Origin: the human T2T-CHM13v2.0 reference genome, Homo sapiens
Direction: 5' to 3' (one strand)
Assembly: GCF_009914755.1 (NCBI RefSeq)
Contig: NC_060927.1
DNA: 64,000 nucleotides
A program made the position numbers and the translations under genes. Below the pieces are notes generated by a model. That model was not told the DNA's origin. It made no database searches and worked only from the letters and a program-made list of their open reading frames with translations. This document shows positions 16,919 through 43,381 of this stretch, in pieces. How positions within the stretch are numbered: the stretch's first letter is position 1; each line of letters begins with the position of its first letter.

Positions 16919-18186
16919 AACAAGGACAATTTTCTATCAACCTCACGGCCCATCCCCTAAGCATTAAAAACACCAAATCGCTCAATACAGATGGCAAGGC
17001 CCCTTGTGCTATTTCTCTGGCCTATTTTTCTTGCTCTCCCATCACTCTACAGCCCGAGACTGGTATCACAGTGCCTTCTGCCTTCCTGCTGCTAGACCTA
17101 TGTTCACATGAGGAATAAACTCCTCATATCAAAACAAACGCACTATCCCAACAAATGCACCCTTTAATAGTGCCATTTAAGTCTTACCTATTCCTTAAGG
17201 GCTTCCTTCAAGAAGATACAACAATAATAATTGGAAGAACATGAGCGCTAAAGTTAAATGAACCAAGGTTCATTTAACAATTATGCCATTAATGAAAGTG
17301 TCATATCAAAAGAGACAGGAGGCCGGGCACAGTGGCCCATGCCTGTAATACCATTACTTGGGGAGGCTTAGATGGGTGGATTGCTTGAGTCCAGGAGTTT
17401 GAGACCAGCCTGGGCAACAAACAAGACCCTGTCTCTACAAAACATACAAAAAATTGGCCAGGCGTAGTGGTGCATACCTGTAGTCCCAGCTACTTGGGAG
17501 ACTGAGGCATGAGGATTGCTTGAGTCCAAGAATCTAAGGCTGCATTGAGCTAAAATAGTACCACTGCACTCCAGCCTGGACAACAAAGTGAGACCCTGTC
17601 TTAAAAAAATAAAAATTAAAAAACAATTTTTAGAACTTCTTTTGCTAATAAATGGAAAAAGAATAATAAATTAGAAAATCACAATTCTGCAAGTGCTAAT
17701 GAACTAACAGATCTAGGCAATGATCATTAATAGATGCTAAAGACATAAATAATAATAAGGTGAAAGGAGAAGAAACTTTACAATCGTCCGTGTCTGTCTT
17801 GTTGACACTACAGGAATCCCCTGATCTTAGCATTACTAAAAGTGGGACTATCAGACATTATGTGTCTCCTCATGAAATGCAATAGTCAGTACTTACCATT
17901 CACACAAAACAAAACTGAACTTGAATCTAATCAAGGCTTTAGATCTGATCTATGTGCTAGTTTACAGGAAACAGAGAAAAAAGTTAAATACTTCAAGGAA
18001 GCAATCAGCCAAGTAGAGAATGTGGCATCTTCAATAAAACAAATTATATGGTTTCTCCAGCTAATCAATATCAAGAAGAGGAGGAAGAAGATGGTGGAAG
18101 GACTGTTAAAGAATTTAAAAAACACTTAGGAGACACAGCCAAATCCAATGTTAGCTGGAACAAATCAACTATAAAAAACTATCTTA

Positions 18187-22560
<4,374 letters not shown>

Positions 22561-23217
22561 ACGGAAGGAAGAGTGAGACGAAGTGGGGCGAAAGAAAAAA
22601 AGTTGAAATTACTTAACTCAGACATTCAAGTCTATTTGCATGTGGTTTTACAAAATCTCAACCTACATTTCAGGTAGCCCATGTATCTTTCCTTAAAAGA
22701 ATAAAGTAAAAAATATTAACAAACATATAAAATTCTTTTGCATAGATCAGGCTTTGCCTAATGCTGCCATGTCTCAAATACATAAACTCCTGTCATGTGA
22801 AGAAGAGCATAAAATGGATCTCACCTATAACTTAAAGATGGCACCCTCACTGTGTTGCAATCCCAGTAATGTTATAGGTGTTTCTGAAAATGATGTATTT
22901 TTTTAACTAATGTTTGACTATAAAACTGCTATTTTCAGGATAAGGCATCCTCTCCTAAATTTAAATAGGCTGAAGAACTCCCTTGATGTCAAAGGGATAA
23001 CCATTATTTATTTCTCAAGCTCCAACAGACTGAAAATTGTTTCTAGTATAAAGAAAATAAAAAACTCATTTCAGAATAATTCACTAAGTTTTTATGTTTT
23101 ATGTACTTTTCTATATCTGTGCTATATTTCACATTTTAAATGTCTTAAAATTTTTTTAATGGCAAAATACACTGCAAAGGCTAAGTATCTTTCTTGTGCC
23201 ATCTTTAGGTGCATCAT

Positions 23218-23359
23218 AAAGAAAAATTTTATCCTTTACTTTAACAGTTGCCCATGCTTAAAAATAGAAAAATCCTTCCTCACTTACAAAGAAAAATTTT
23301 ATCCTTTAACAGTTGCCCATGCTTAAAAATAGAAAAATCCTTCCTCACTTACAAAGAAA
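23218..23359. repeat. Tandem duplication of a 65-bp unique unit
   Basis: AAAGAAAAATTTTATCCTTTA..TCCTTCCTCACTTAC occurs twice (70 and 65 bp) plus a partial third start. Confidence 0.95.
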
Positions 23360-23662
23360 CATCACACCAATCTCCAAAATCAATTCCCCTATCTACAATT
23401 TCAAGGACAAAACCCTCACATTCAAAGTATCAATTGATTCAGAAATATTCTAATGATTCAGCAACATACTGAAGATGCCTGTAAAGCAGAATTATTGTGT
23501 TTAAAGACCTAGAAATGTTTTTCCCAACTAGGAGTAAATCATCAGAGGGAATACTGCAAGGTTAAATATATCTACCTTGATATTGTCATTAGCAATTTAC
23601 TAATAACTGAGTTAGACTGGCTGTCAAACTTTGTAAACACTCTAAGGAGATATATAGTATTA

Positions 23663-23986
<324 letters not shown>

Positions 23987-24163
23987 TTATACAAAACTGT
24001 CCAGTGTACTTCAGGATGTTTGATTATCCATTACCTAACAGTAGCACTTCCCTCAATCACTGTGCCAACAAGAACAAAATCATAACCCAACAAATTTCAA
24101 AACCATCTTTTGGGGGCTTCACACAGTCCACTTTCAGAATCACTGCCCTAAAATAATTCCTAC

Positions 24164-25945
24164 TGTTACAGGATCCTTGGGGTGTTGTTTTTCTGGCCAG
24201 AAACATCTGTGGCCAGTGGCGCCTTTGCCTTAGTTTTGACAGGGCCCACTAGGCTCAGTCTGCCCACTTGGCCTAGCAGGCTGCACTCGATTCACACTAT
24301 GGGACTGGATCCCATGACTGCCAAGGGAGACTGTGTGAAGCAGCAATGGGTGTGTGAGCAAGTGTGGGGTCCAGCCCCTGCACAGTCAGACTTGCCAGCT
24401 GCTGCAGCAGGGCAGGCAGCTCCAGGTGCCAGTACGGGCACCAGCTCTCCCTGAGGCTACGGCTGGACCAGGTGTACCACAAGCAGCTTCCACAGCTGGC
24501 ACTGGGGGACATGGTGGCACCCGGAAGCTTGGAGATGTCAGGAACCCCGGGGCCCCAAAGAGGAAGTCACAGTCCTGGCTCGGGGAGTTCCCAGGTCTGG
24601 GCTCCCCAAAGGGCTACAGCTCTTCTCTCCTCTTCGCCTGCAATGCGATGAACAAAGGTCATGTTTCAGCCCTGTTTGTGTTACAGTTCTTTTAGCCTCA
24701 ATTGGCAGGTCCCAAGAATGAAGTACGCAGCCAAGCGGAGGGTGAGCAAGACAAAGAGGAGCTTTACTGAGTGACAACAGCTAAGAGGAGGACCTGGAGT
24801 GGGTAGCTCTTCTCTGAAGGCAGGTCATCCTGTCATCTCTGCAGCTCTTCAGCAGACAGGAGGCCCTGAAATGGGTAGCTCTTCTCTGCAGCTGGCTGTC
24901 CTGACATCTGCTGCTCTCAGCAGAGAGGAGGCCCTGGAATGGGTAGCTCCTCTCTGCACCCTGTTGTGCTGATGTCTGCTGCTCTCAACAGAGAGGAGGC
25001 CCTGGAGTGGGTAGCTCCTGTCTGCAGCCTGTTGTCCTGATGTCTGCTGCTCTCAACCAAGAGGAGGCCCTGGAATGGGTAGCTCTTCTTTGCAGCTGGT
25101 CATCCTGATGTCTGCTCAGCTCAGGCTGAGCCTGGGGCTTTTATGGGCCTCAGGGAGAAGGAAGTGTGTGCCAACTGGTCCACAGGCAGCCATGGGCAGG
25201 CCCGGAAAAGGCACAAGTTCCCACTCTAGTCCATGGAACTGGCAGCCTGGTCCCTAGCCTTCAGACCCTCCCTGGCCTGAAGATGGAGGCTCATTGAGGA
25301 CCCAACCTACTTCCACCCAGAAACCTGTCTGCCTCCTGTTGCTGATCATGGCACCCAAGCTGTAGGTACCGCCTACAGGTCAGCGCCAAGCTGCCCTCAG
25401 CCTCCCCTCAGCTTCCCTCCTATGTTCATTGGTGCCCAAAATCTGGAGGGGGCCAAGGTGGCAGGGGGCTGGCGTGTCAGCACTACCCTGAGCATGTGCA
25501 CACCTGGCTGGGATGTGACAACACTTGGGCTTGGCCCTGACTCTGCTCCAAGGTCGGACTGGGTGCCGACAATAGGGAAAAGCCAGACAGTGGGAGCAGG
25601 CATTTCCGAGCCTGAGAGGGCAGAGTGGGCCTTCTTGGGCCCCTAAGGAGTGTGGGGATGCCTGGTTGGGCAGTTGCACTGGCATGGGAGAGAAGGGGCT
25701 GGGGGGCCAATGGCAAGGAGTGTGCTCCTGCCTGCTCCATGGAGCAGGAGGCCCGGGTCTGCACCCACAGTTTGGGTAGCTGCAGCTGCTCCTGGGAAGC
25801 TCCCACCCACTAACTTGGAAGGGATGTGGCCCCATTTGTTCCCCAGCTCCCGCCAGCTCCACAGAGCATGCAGCCCCGGCCACACCTCCTTGCTGCAGCT
25901 GGCATGATGGCAGCAGCTGTTCTAGACGGTCCACCGCTGCCATCA
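24164..25945 (-). mobile_element. MER52(A)-like ERV1 solo LTR, ~1.78 kb
   Basis: Minus strand starts TGATGGCAGCGG and ends ..TAACA (TG..CA termini). 4-bp TSD CTAC at 24160-24163 and 25946-25949. GC-rich with an internal tandem repeat. Confidence 0.85.
24787..25121. repeat. ~68-bp minisatellite (5 copies) inside the LTR
   Basis: Unit GGAGGCCCTGGARTGGGTAGCTCYTCTCTGCAGC..CTGATGTCTGCTGCTCTCARCAGAGA. Confidence 0.9.
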
Positions 25946-26539
25946 CTACTATTTCTCAAAGTAGCAACAGAGTCTCCATAATTTATCCAGATATAATTGT
26001 AGCCTATATTTTTCAAAGTAATGAACATAACAGTATACATTTCTATCTGCCAATGAATGATGTTTCCTATATTTGGCTATGTTGTTTTTGGCTAATTCTT
26101 GAAGGGTAAAGAAGCTCTAAGTCAAGAAAACTAGACCCTTAACTAATCAGAGGAATGTAAACCCAGTATAACTAGCTCTTAGTTTTCAAGACCTTTAGTA
26201 ACAAATTTACCGAAGAGATATTCAAACTAAAACCACAAGATGACATGTAACTCTTCAGAGCTTCATGCACAACCCTTTAAGAAAATTATTGAGGGAGAGG
26301 GCATACTCACAAAATGTGGTGTTCTGCAATTAAAATATCATGTGTTTTGTCAGACTTAAAACTGTAACATGCCACTTTTAAAAAATGAGGTAACAAACCA
26401 ATTGGTTACCAATAAATCTTCTGTAGCTATATTTTGAAGGAAATTAAATTATTGCCACTAGGTTGAAAATAAAATATATTCTGCTATTTCCCTTAGTCAC
26501 TCTTATTTTATAGGACTACACAAACAGTTCAGCCTGAGA

Positions 26540-26690
26540 GAAGTGACTCAGAGTTTCAACTTGGAGGTATCTTAGGAGTTACAGACCCTACCCATTTTAA
26601 AGATAAGAAAACTAAAGCTAAGAGAGTTTAAGTAAATTATCCAGGAATACACACAGACAGAGTCAGACCCAAAAGTCAGATTTTTTCCCC
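26540..26690. mobile_element. MIR fragment
   Basis: CCCATTTTAAAGATAAGAAAACTAAAGCTAAGAGAGTTTAAGTAAATTATCCAGG resembles the MIR core. Confidence 0.6.
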
Positions 26691-27142
26691 AAAGCAATTA
26701 GCATAATTTTCCCCTTTTTCTTTTTTCTTTTTGTATTTAAAGGAAATGTCTTTTCACAGGCCTACCTTGCCTGGCAAGATCCTCAGTCTTGTATCATTCT
26801 TCTGTTTGAGCATCAAAGCAAGAGATCAAAGGCTAAGGACAAGCAGAGTTTTTAAACTATGAAAACTTTTCAAGGAAGCTATCAGAGGGCACAGGAACTT
26901 CAGCAGTGACAATTAGTTCAATAAACCCTTTAACTGTAACTATAACCCATATCCTGTCGATTGTTCACTGGAGAAAGGGGAAAGAGTTTAAAAGTTCTCA
27001 GCTTCCCCACCAATGTGCCAGCAGAACCCACTGGACTTTACTCCTTTACATCTAATGATAAGCAGAAAACAACATAAATTTGTTCTATAGGTGAACAAAT
27101 TCAACCAAAATCATAGGAGATATTTAAAAAGAGATTTTTTTT

Positions 27143-30125
<2,983 letters not shown>

Positions 30126-32809
30126 TATAAAGATAAATTTAGACATATAATCCATAACACTGGTATTTCAGTGGAGAGGGAGGACATTATTGGTATTATT
30201 TCATCAAACTAAAAGGGCTGATGAAAAAAATTTAATAAAAGTCATATCACTCTATTATTCCAAAATATACAGCTAGCCTCTTTAAAATATGCCATTTTAA
30301 GTTACTTAATACAGTCCTTGAAATGGAAAAAAAATTTAAAAATTAAATGGTCTTCTTCCAAACACATAATTTTTTATTAAGCAATGCTAATAAAACTCTT
30401 CAGATTTCTAGTTTTTAGTCTACCTTCCTCTTTTCTAATCTAAATGTTCGACCGTGTTTACCCCTAACATCAACAAGATAAGTTATTCCAAATGGATATA
30501 TGTATTTCCAGGAGAAATGTATTTCATCCCCACAGTCTTCTCTCCTCACCCTCTCCACCCCTTGCTGAAACCCATTCAAGTGAACAGTATTTGGGACATG
30601 GGAACTATCATTAAGTGTTAAGCTATTCCAATCACTGTTTGACAATAACCACGTTTTAAGGTAAAAATGATTATTTCCCTAAATAGATAAAATTAATAGG
30701 ACAAAGACTACCAAAGACCAATATCTACTACATTAACATAGAGACCTTCTCTAGCCTTTGAAGATATAACTAAGGGAATTCTCCTACATTACAGGAGAGC
30801 ATTTTCTGTTTTTAAACACTTTTGCTAATAACGCATAAACAAAAATACCCAACATGTAATTGTACAGTTCAATGAATTTTTGGAAAGCAAATACCTATTG
30901 CAAAGCAAACCACTATCCAGGTTAAGACAAAGAACACTGCCAGCATCTCAGGAGACTCCTTGTTTGTCTCTTTCAGATAGCAACCCTCTCCCAAACCTCC
31001 TACCACCATCTGACTTCTTTTGTAAGAGGTGGGGGTTGTTTTGTTTTTTAATCACTTTAGGTAACAGTATGGGAGCAAAGCAAATATCCAAATAATTGTG
31101 GCTCACTGGATACACTTTTGCACCTATCATTCAAGTATATATTTTAGACAAAAGTTTCATTGTCTAGATGACTGCTTCTGTTTCTCACTCCAATGAGTGG
31201 CAATGGGTCCAATAGACTAACTGAGGTGGGTGCTTTTGAATGTCAACAAATCTTCCTTCTAGAAATGGTATCCAATCAATTCTGGTTCTTGTTTACAAGT
31301 ACCATCATGACAATCAGGAATGACTGTTTGTGTAGCAGAGTACCCACATGTAATTGCAATGAGAGTGAGTCATGAGCCAAATTGTACAAGTGTGTGGTGG
31401 TGCTGGTGAGTAACTAACCAACAGCTCTCACATCTAGGAACTGAACCAGTGCCAGAAAGCCATCTGGATAGCAAACAGTAACATGAGAAGAATTTTAAAT
31501 AGCTTACAGCTGTAGAAAATGCACTATTCCAGGCTTTGAATTCTTTTAGTTATTTCTGTCTGCTGTCATTTTGAAAATAAGTCATAATATGTAAAAATTA
31601 AAAGAGCATCCAATAAAGGCTGGCATTTATCCCAAGTAATTTCAGGATTACTCCTTTGCATGATGGTTTAAGTTTGGTCTGGCAAGTACTTATCATTTGT
31701 TTGTCTGTTTTAAACCTTTTCCTTGGAGACCAATTTTCTTCCTAAGCTATCCACCCATGAATGACAAAATGCTTCTGTGTGTAGCTTTCATTTCTCCCTC
31801 ACTATGGACTGTAAATTGAGAGGGAAAAGACTAAGAAAAACTGAAGAAGTATCTGTCCTTGATGCCAAGTCTTCTTTCACTGGTTATTCTCTCTAGAGGA
31901 CACAGAGAGTCCAGAGAGGCAGGCTGATAATGTCATCTCAGTGCTAGGCCTTGATCAAAAAGAGGAAGAGAAGAAAACTGCAGAGGGACAAAGTGGGAAA
32001 ACAACTGAATTTCAAGGAAATGAATATTTAATAAGTACTTATTCTGTTTAAGATACCATATCACACACTTGATTGGGAGATGAGGTAATTACAAAACAAA
32101 ACGAAGCAATTTGCAATCCAGCCTGTACCAGAGCAGTTAGGTCTAGTGAGAGACTAGCGGAGGCATGTCTGTTCTCTGAATGATTGCAGTGTTTTTTACC
32201 TCGACCTCCCAGAGCCTCAACCAGAAGGGATGAGGATGGAATACTGGAAAAGGGAAATACAGAGTACCCGCCTGAACTTCTTAAGGTGTGGGACTGCAGT
32301 GTCTGGGGATCAGGCTATGTCATCTAAAAAGTTGAGGCAGCACCACAATGTTGCTGTCATGAAACCCCCTCACTGCCTCACTGCCCCAGCCTATGACCTG
32401 TGCATAATGGGATGAGTACTGGGAGTTACATGGTTTGGAATATAATAATTAATCACATGTTACTATGTCTAAGATCCCAAAAGATCTGAAATCTTTATCT
32501 GTTATGCATTAACAGGACAGCTTTTGGATACTGTCCTGTATTTAAGTTATAACATCACCCTATAAGCTAATAAATTATATTTCGTTTCAAAACCCTCAAA
32601 TATAGCATTCTTTTAAATTAAAAAGCATACATTGGCCAGCCGCGGTGGCTCACACCTGTAATCCCAGCACTTTGGGAGGCTGAGGTGGGTGGATCACCTG
32701 AGGTCAGGAGTTGAAGACCAGCCTGGCCAACATGGTGAAACCCAGTCTCTACTAAAAATACAAAAATTAGCCGGGCGTGGTGGCGTGTGCCTGTAATCCC
32801 AGCGACTCA

Positions 32810-32914
<105 letters not shown>

Positions 32915-33414
32915 TCAACAAAAAAAAAGAAAGAAAGAAAAATGACATTAGTATCCATTTCATACCATTAGTATAACAGTTAATAATTTAAAATGTTTCC
33001 TGACTGAACGTAGCTACTAAAACCAACCCATACCTTTTTCTTCTGGAAACTATGGGAATACTCTCAAGGGATTAAAAATGTTTTGGATAAAACACTAGCA
33101 AGGAAAGAAAGCTTTAAGAATCTAAGGCCGGGAGTGGTGGCTTATGCCTGTAATTCGAGTACTGTGAGAGGGCGAGGCAGAGGATCCCTTGAGGCCAGAA
33201 GTTCGAAACCAGCCTGGGCAACTTGACAAAACCCTGCCTCTACAAAAAAATACAAAAAATACAAAAATTAGCTGGGCGTGGTAGCACACACCTGTAGTCC
33301 CAGCTACTCAGGAAGCTGAGGGACGATCGCCTGAGCCTGGGAGGCAGACATTGCCGTGAGCTGTGATTGTGGTACTGCATTCCAGCCTGGGCGACAGAGT
33401 GAGACCCTGTCTCA

Positions 33415-34405
<991 letters not shown>

Positions 34406-34475
34406 TGACCTATTAGAATGAAATCACGCAATTACTACAGTCAATAATTCATTTTTTTCTTAAAAAAAAAATTTA

Positions 34476-35757
<1,282 letters not shown>

Positions 35758-35804
35758 TAGCAACACACACATTTTCCAAATATATATCTTACTCTATGTC
35801 ATTT

Positions 35805-38650
<2,846 letters not shown>

Positions 38651-39269
38651 ATTAAAGTTTTAAAAAACAATTCCTATTACCCAACTTTGGTTACAAAACT
38701 ATCAAGACAATTTCCTTGCACTAAATTGCTAACACAGACCAAATTTATGAATCAATTGACTCAAGCTCTAGCCAACTTTGTTAGATGTTTTAAAATATAT
38801 TTAAAATTCTTATTTTCCAGAGAAAATGTAGACTATTTAAACAAGTTATATTTCAAAAGCAACTAGTATCATACCAATACATTTGCCTACAACTAAAACT
38901 TCAGAATTATTTCATCTCACATTATAAGCTTCCATTTGCTATAAGGCCATGATGCAGTTTGTACTCGGGCCTGGATAAAGCCACAGAGCTGTGAAGACCT
39001 TGGGTGTGATAAGAAGGAGAAGACAATGATTAATACTACCTTTAGCATCTCATAATCCTTCAAAATTGAATTGGAACAAGGCGAATGAAGAAACGATGGA
39101 AACACTTTGCTTGTGCCTTTTAAATTTAATCACTAAGGAAGAAGGGTGTGTGTGTGATAAATCTCCTGAGTATAGATCCCTTTTCTTATACCTTAGAAAT
39201 TGAGACCTACAGAAATATGACAACTATACCAAGGTCACTATGGCAGAGACTAATTTTTTTCTTCCACAG

Positions 39270-39620
39270 TTACAGGATTGTGGCTGGGCACTTAGCGGAT
39301 ACACATTCCAACTTCCTGTGCAATTAGAAGTGGCCATGTACTAAGTTCTTTCCAGTGGAATGTTCAGTGGAAATGACCTGTGTCACTTCAGGTCAGGGCT
39401 TAATTTAAGAAAGTTGGTGTGACACTTACACCTTCTCTTTCCTCTTCCACTGGTCATAGTGGAATAGAGGATGACAGAGTCACAAGATGGAAGAAACCAT
39501 TTGAAAGAGAACCACCTACCAAAGAGGGCCATCCAACTTAACTGTTCCACGAGTGAGAAATAAATGTCTATTAAGTTTGGACCATTATTCATTTTTGGTC
39601 TGTTGACAGCAATTTAGCCT
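39270..39620 (+). mobile_element. MLT1J-like MaLR LTR fragment
   Basis: GTGGCCATGTACTAAGTTCT..GGAAATGACCTGTGTCACTTC..CACAAGATGGAAG..GAGTGAGAAATAAA. Confidence 0.6.
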
Positions 39621-40014
39621 TCACTAATTTAGTCAAACACATAATCTAAGTAGCTGCAAGGCCATGATTAAAACCCACATATCCTCCCTCAGTCAGTCCA
39701 ATATCACTGTTTTCCTTATCACCCTTCATCCAAACAGAAAACAGAATTATGAAGAGCAGTGGGGGATATCATTAATGAGGCTACCATTATGACACCAGCA
39801 AATCATTCACTCCTGCTGAAGCTCAACAACTTTTATCCTTGTTCATTACTCTGCACAATGCATTTTAAAATCCCCTGGCAGAAATGAACATATCGACAGC
39901 TCTCCTCTTCCTCTGTAATCTTCTGATGAGAATTATTTTATTTTCATAAACAAATGTAGAGGTTAAAACATGTTAATTTGAGGCAGATAAAGAGGGTGAT
40001 TTTTTTTTTTTTAA

Positions 40015-40236
<222 letters not shown>

Positions 40237-40832
40237 TGATCCCCATCCCCCGGCCTTGGTCTCCCAAAGTGCTGGGAATAGAGGCATGAGCCACCATGGC
40301 CCATGAGGGTGATATTTTAACAGAGACAATGTAAGACAGGAAATTAGCTAGGCAGGCAAGGAAAGAAAGACTATATGCAAAGACCTGAGAAACCTTAAGC
40401 ATTTATGGAATTCAACAAGCAGAGTACAGGGGCAGAATGGTACTGGGGAGGCTGGTAGGTCAAATTAAGGTGCTGTTCTTCATGCAAAAGAACAAGAGAT
40501 TCAATGAAGAATGTCAAACAGATAAATAAAAAATGATAAAATAAACAACTTTTGAAAGTTACAGTGTGAAAAAGAACATATAAAGAACATGAATCCAACA
40601 AAAAAAATTGGGATAATAATTAGTTTCCCAAAAGCCCAAATAACCCATAAACATATGGGGGAAAATGTTCAACCTCATTGGTCACCAAGAAAATGTAAAT
40701 TAAAACCACACTGAGATGCCATTTCATAGATCGTTGCTTATGGGAGAATAAACTGATTTAACCTCTTCCAAAGGGAGTTTAGCATCAAAAATTGCATTAC
40801 TAGGTATAATATTCTACGAAAATGCTTATCCG

Positions 40833-41118
40833 GGCCAGGCACAGTGGCTCACGCCTGTAATCCCAACACTTTGGAAGACAAGTGGATCACCTGAGGTCAG
40901 GAGTTTGAGACCAGCCTGACCAACATGGTGAAACCCCATCTCTACTAAAACTGCAAAAATTAGCTGGGTGCAGTGGCATGCACCTGTAATTCCAGCTACT
41001 TGGGAAGCTGAGTGGAATCACTTGAACCCGGGAAGCAGAGGTTGCAATGAGCTAAGATCACGCCACTGCACTCCAGCCTGGGCAACAGAGAGAGACTCTG
41101 TATCAAAAAACAAAAAAA
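40833..41118 (+). mobile_element. AluS whose tail hosts the SVA
   Basis: Alu dimer with small deletions; 5' TSD copy GAAAATGCTTATCCG at 40818-40832. Confidence 0.9.
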
Positions 41119-41119
41119 G

Positions 41120-42564
41120 GCTCTCCCTCTCCCTCCCCCTCCCCCTCTCCCTCTCGTCTCCGTCTCCGTCTCCCACTTTGCACGGTCTCCCTCTGATGCC
41201 GAGCGGAGGCTGGACTGTACTACCACCATCTCGGCTCACTGCAACCTCCCTGCCTGATTCTCCTGCCTCAGCCTGAGGAGTGCCTGGGATTGCAGGCGCG
41301 CGCCGCCACGCCTGACTGGTTTTTGTATTTTTTGGTGGAGACGGGGTTTCGCCCTGTTGGCTGGGCTGGTCTCCAGCTCCTGACCGCGAGTGATCTGCCC
41401 GCATGGGCCTCCCGAGGTGCTGGGATTGCAGACGGAGTCTCGCTCACTCAGTGCTCAATCTTGCCCAGGCTGGAATGCAGTGGCGTGATCTCAGCTCGCT
41501 ATAACCTCCACCTCCCAGCCGCCTGCCTTGGCCTCCCAAAGTGCTGAGATTGCAGCCTCTGCCCGGCCGCCACCCCGTCTGGGAAGTGAGGAGCGTCTCC
41601 CTGGCCACCCATGGTCTGGGATGTGAGGAGCCCCTCTGCCCGGCCGCCACCCCGTCTGGGAGGTGAGGAGCGTCTCTGCCCGGCCACCCCGTCTGAGAAG
41701 TGAGGAGCCCCTCCACCCGGCAGCCGCCCCGTCTGGGAAGTGAGGAGCCCCTCCGCCCCGCAGCCGCCCCGTCTGGGAAGTGAAGAGCATCTCTGCCCAG
41801 CAGCCGCCCTGTCCGGGAGGTGGGGGGCAGCCCCCGCTCGGCCAGCCGCCCCGTCCGGGAGGGAGATGGGGGGCAGCCCCCGCCCGGTCAGCCGCCCCGT
41901 CCGGGAGGGAGGTGGGGGGCAGCCCCCGCCCGGCCAGCCGCCCTGTCCCGGAGGGAGGCGGGGGGAAGCTCCCGCCCGGCAGCCGCCCCCTCCAGGAGGT
42001 GGGGGGGCGCCTCTGCCAGGCCGCCGCCCTGTCTGGGAGGTGTACCCAACAGCTCATTGAGAACGGGCCATGATGACGATGGCAGTTTTGTCGAATAGAA
42101 AAGGGGGAAATGTGGGGAAAAGAAAGAGATCAGATTGTTACTGTGTCTCTGTAGAAAGAAGTAGACATAGGAGACTCCATTTTGTTCTGTACTAAGAAAA
42201 ATTCTTCTGCCTTGGGATGCTGTTAATCTATAACCTTACCCCCAACCCCATGCTCTCTGAAACATGTGCTGTGTCCACTCAGGGTTAAATGGATTAAGGA
42301 CGGTGTAAGATGTGCTTTGTTAAACAGATGCTTGAAGGCAGCATGCTCCTTAAGAGTCATCACCACTCCCTAATCTCAAGTACCCAGGGACGCAAACGCT
42401 GCGGAAGGAAGCAGGCAGGGCCCTCTGCCTAGGAAAACCAGAGACCCTTGTTCACATGTTTATCTGCTGACCTTCCCTCCACTATTGTCCTATGACCCTG
42501 CCAAATCCCCCGCTCCGAGAAACACCCAAGAATGATCAATAAATACTTAAAAAAAAAAAAAAAA
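41120..42564 (+). mobile_element. SVA retrotransposon, full structure, older (A/B-like) subfamily with short VNTR
   Basis: CCCTCT hexamers, antisense Alu-like domain, GC-rich VNTR (~41560-42040), SINE-R (GAGATCAGATTGTTACTGTGTC..), AATAAA at 42538-42543, poly(A). Confidence 0.95.
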
Positions 42565-43234
42565 GAAAATGCTTATCTGAGGATATGACATTCACATGAA
42601 TGTTTAAGGTGAAAGTTTTCATAGTAACAAAAAACTAGGCATAATCCTAATGTACATTAATAGATCAATAAATAATAGTTTACAATAGGAAAAATGAATA
42701 AAATACAGCTACACACATCACCATTAATGAACCTTACCAACAATGTTAAAAGAAACAAAAGAATATATATAGCATGACCACATTTACTGGAGTATATGAA
42801 GCAAGACTCCATCTCAAATAAAATAAAATAAAAGTAAAATAAAATCAGGCTGGAGCTTCCTCATTTTCCCCAGTTCTCTTCACAGTGTTAAAGAAAACAG
42901 TCTCTCCTGGGTGCTCAGAAGCAGCAGAAAGAGAGCTCCAAAGGTTGCTTTAAAAATGTCTCCTCACAAAAATTACAGATTTGTAGTCATGAGCTATATA
43001 TAATAATCTCCATTCACTAATAATCCTTAAAACTTTGAATAAAAAGTTTAGGTCCTTTTTGAAAATAATGTGATTTTCTATTTAATTTTTTTTTTAAGAT
43101 GGAGTCTTGTTCTTGTCACCCAGGCTGGAGTATAATGACGCGATCTTGGCTCGCTGCAATCTCTGCCTCCCAGGTTCAAGCCTCAGCCTCCTGAGTAGCT
43201 GGGATTACAGGCACGCACTACCATGCCCAGCTAA

Positions 43235-43381
<147 letters not shown>

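Noticed and set aside
22910-23472. 138-aa and 74-aa ORFs with a repeated peptide
   Set aside because: AT-rich chance ORFs on the antisense strand; the repeated peptide comes from the 65-bp duplication.
24787-25121. Regularly spaced repeats that might suggest a CRISPR array
   Set aside because: Whole 68-bp units repeat with no unique spacers, inside a primate LTR; no cas genes.
24182-26040. Many overlapping ORFs up to 188 aa
   Set aside because: Expected from stop-poor GC-rich LTR sequence; no recognisable gag/pol/env.
30130-32630. 2.5-kb Alu-free stretch that could be an enhancer or hidden exon
   Set aside because: No convincing splice-bounded ORF or motif cluster can be supported from sequence alone; needs conservation and chromatin data.
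41491-42098. Pro/Gly/Arg-rich ORFs and CpG-island-like composition
   Set aside because: SVA VNTR; not the PIK3CB promoter, which is not in this window.
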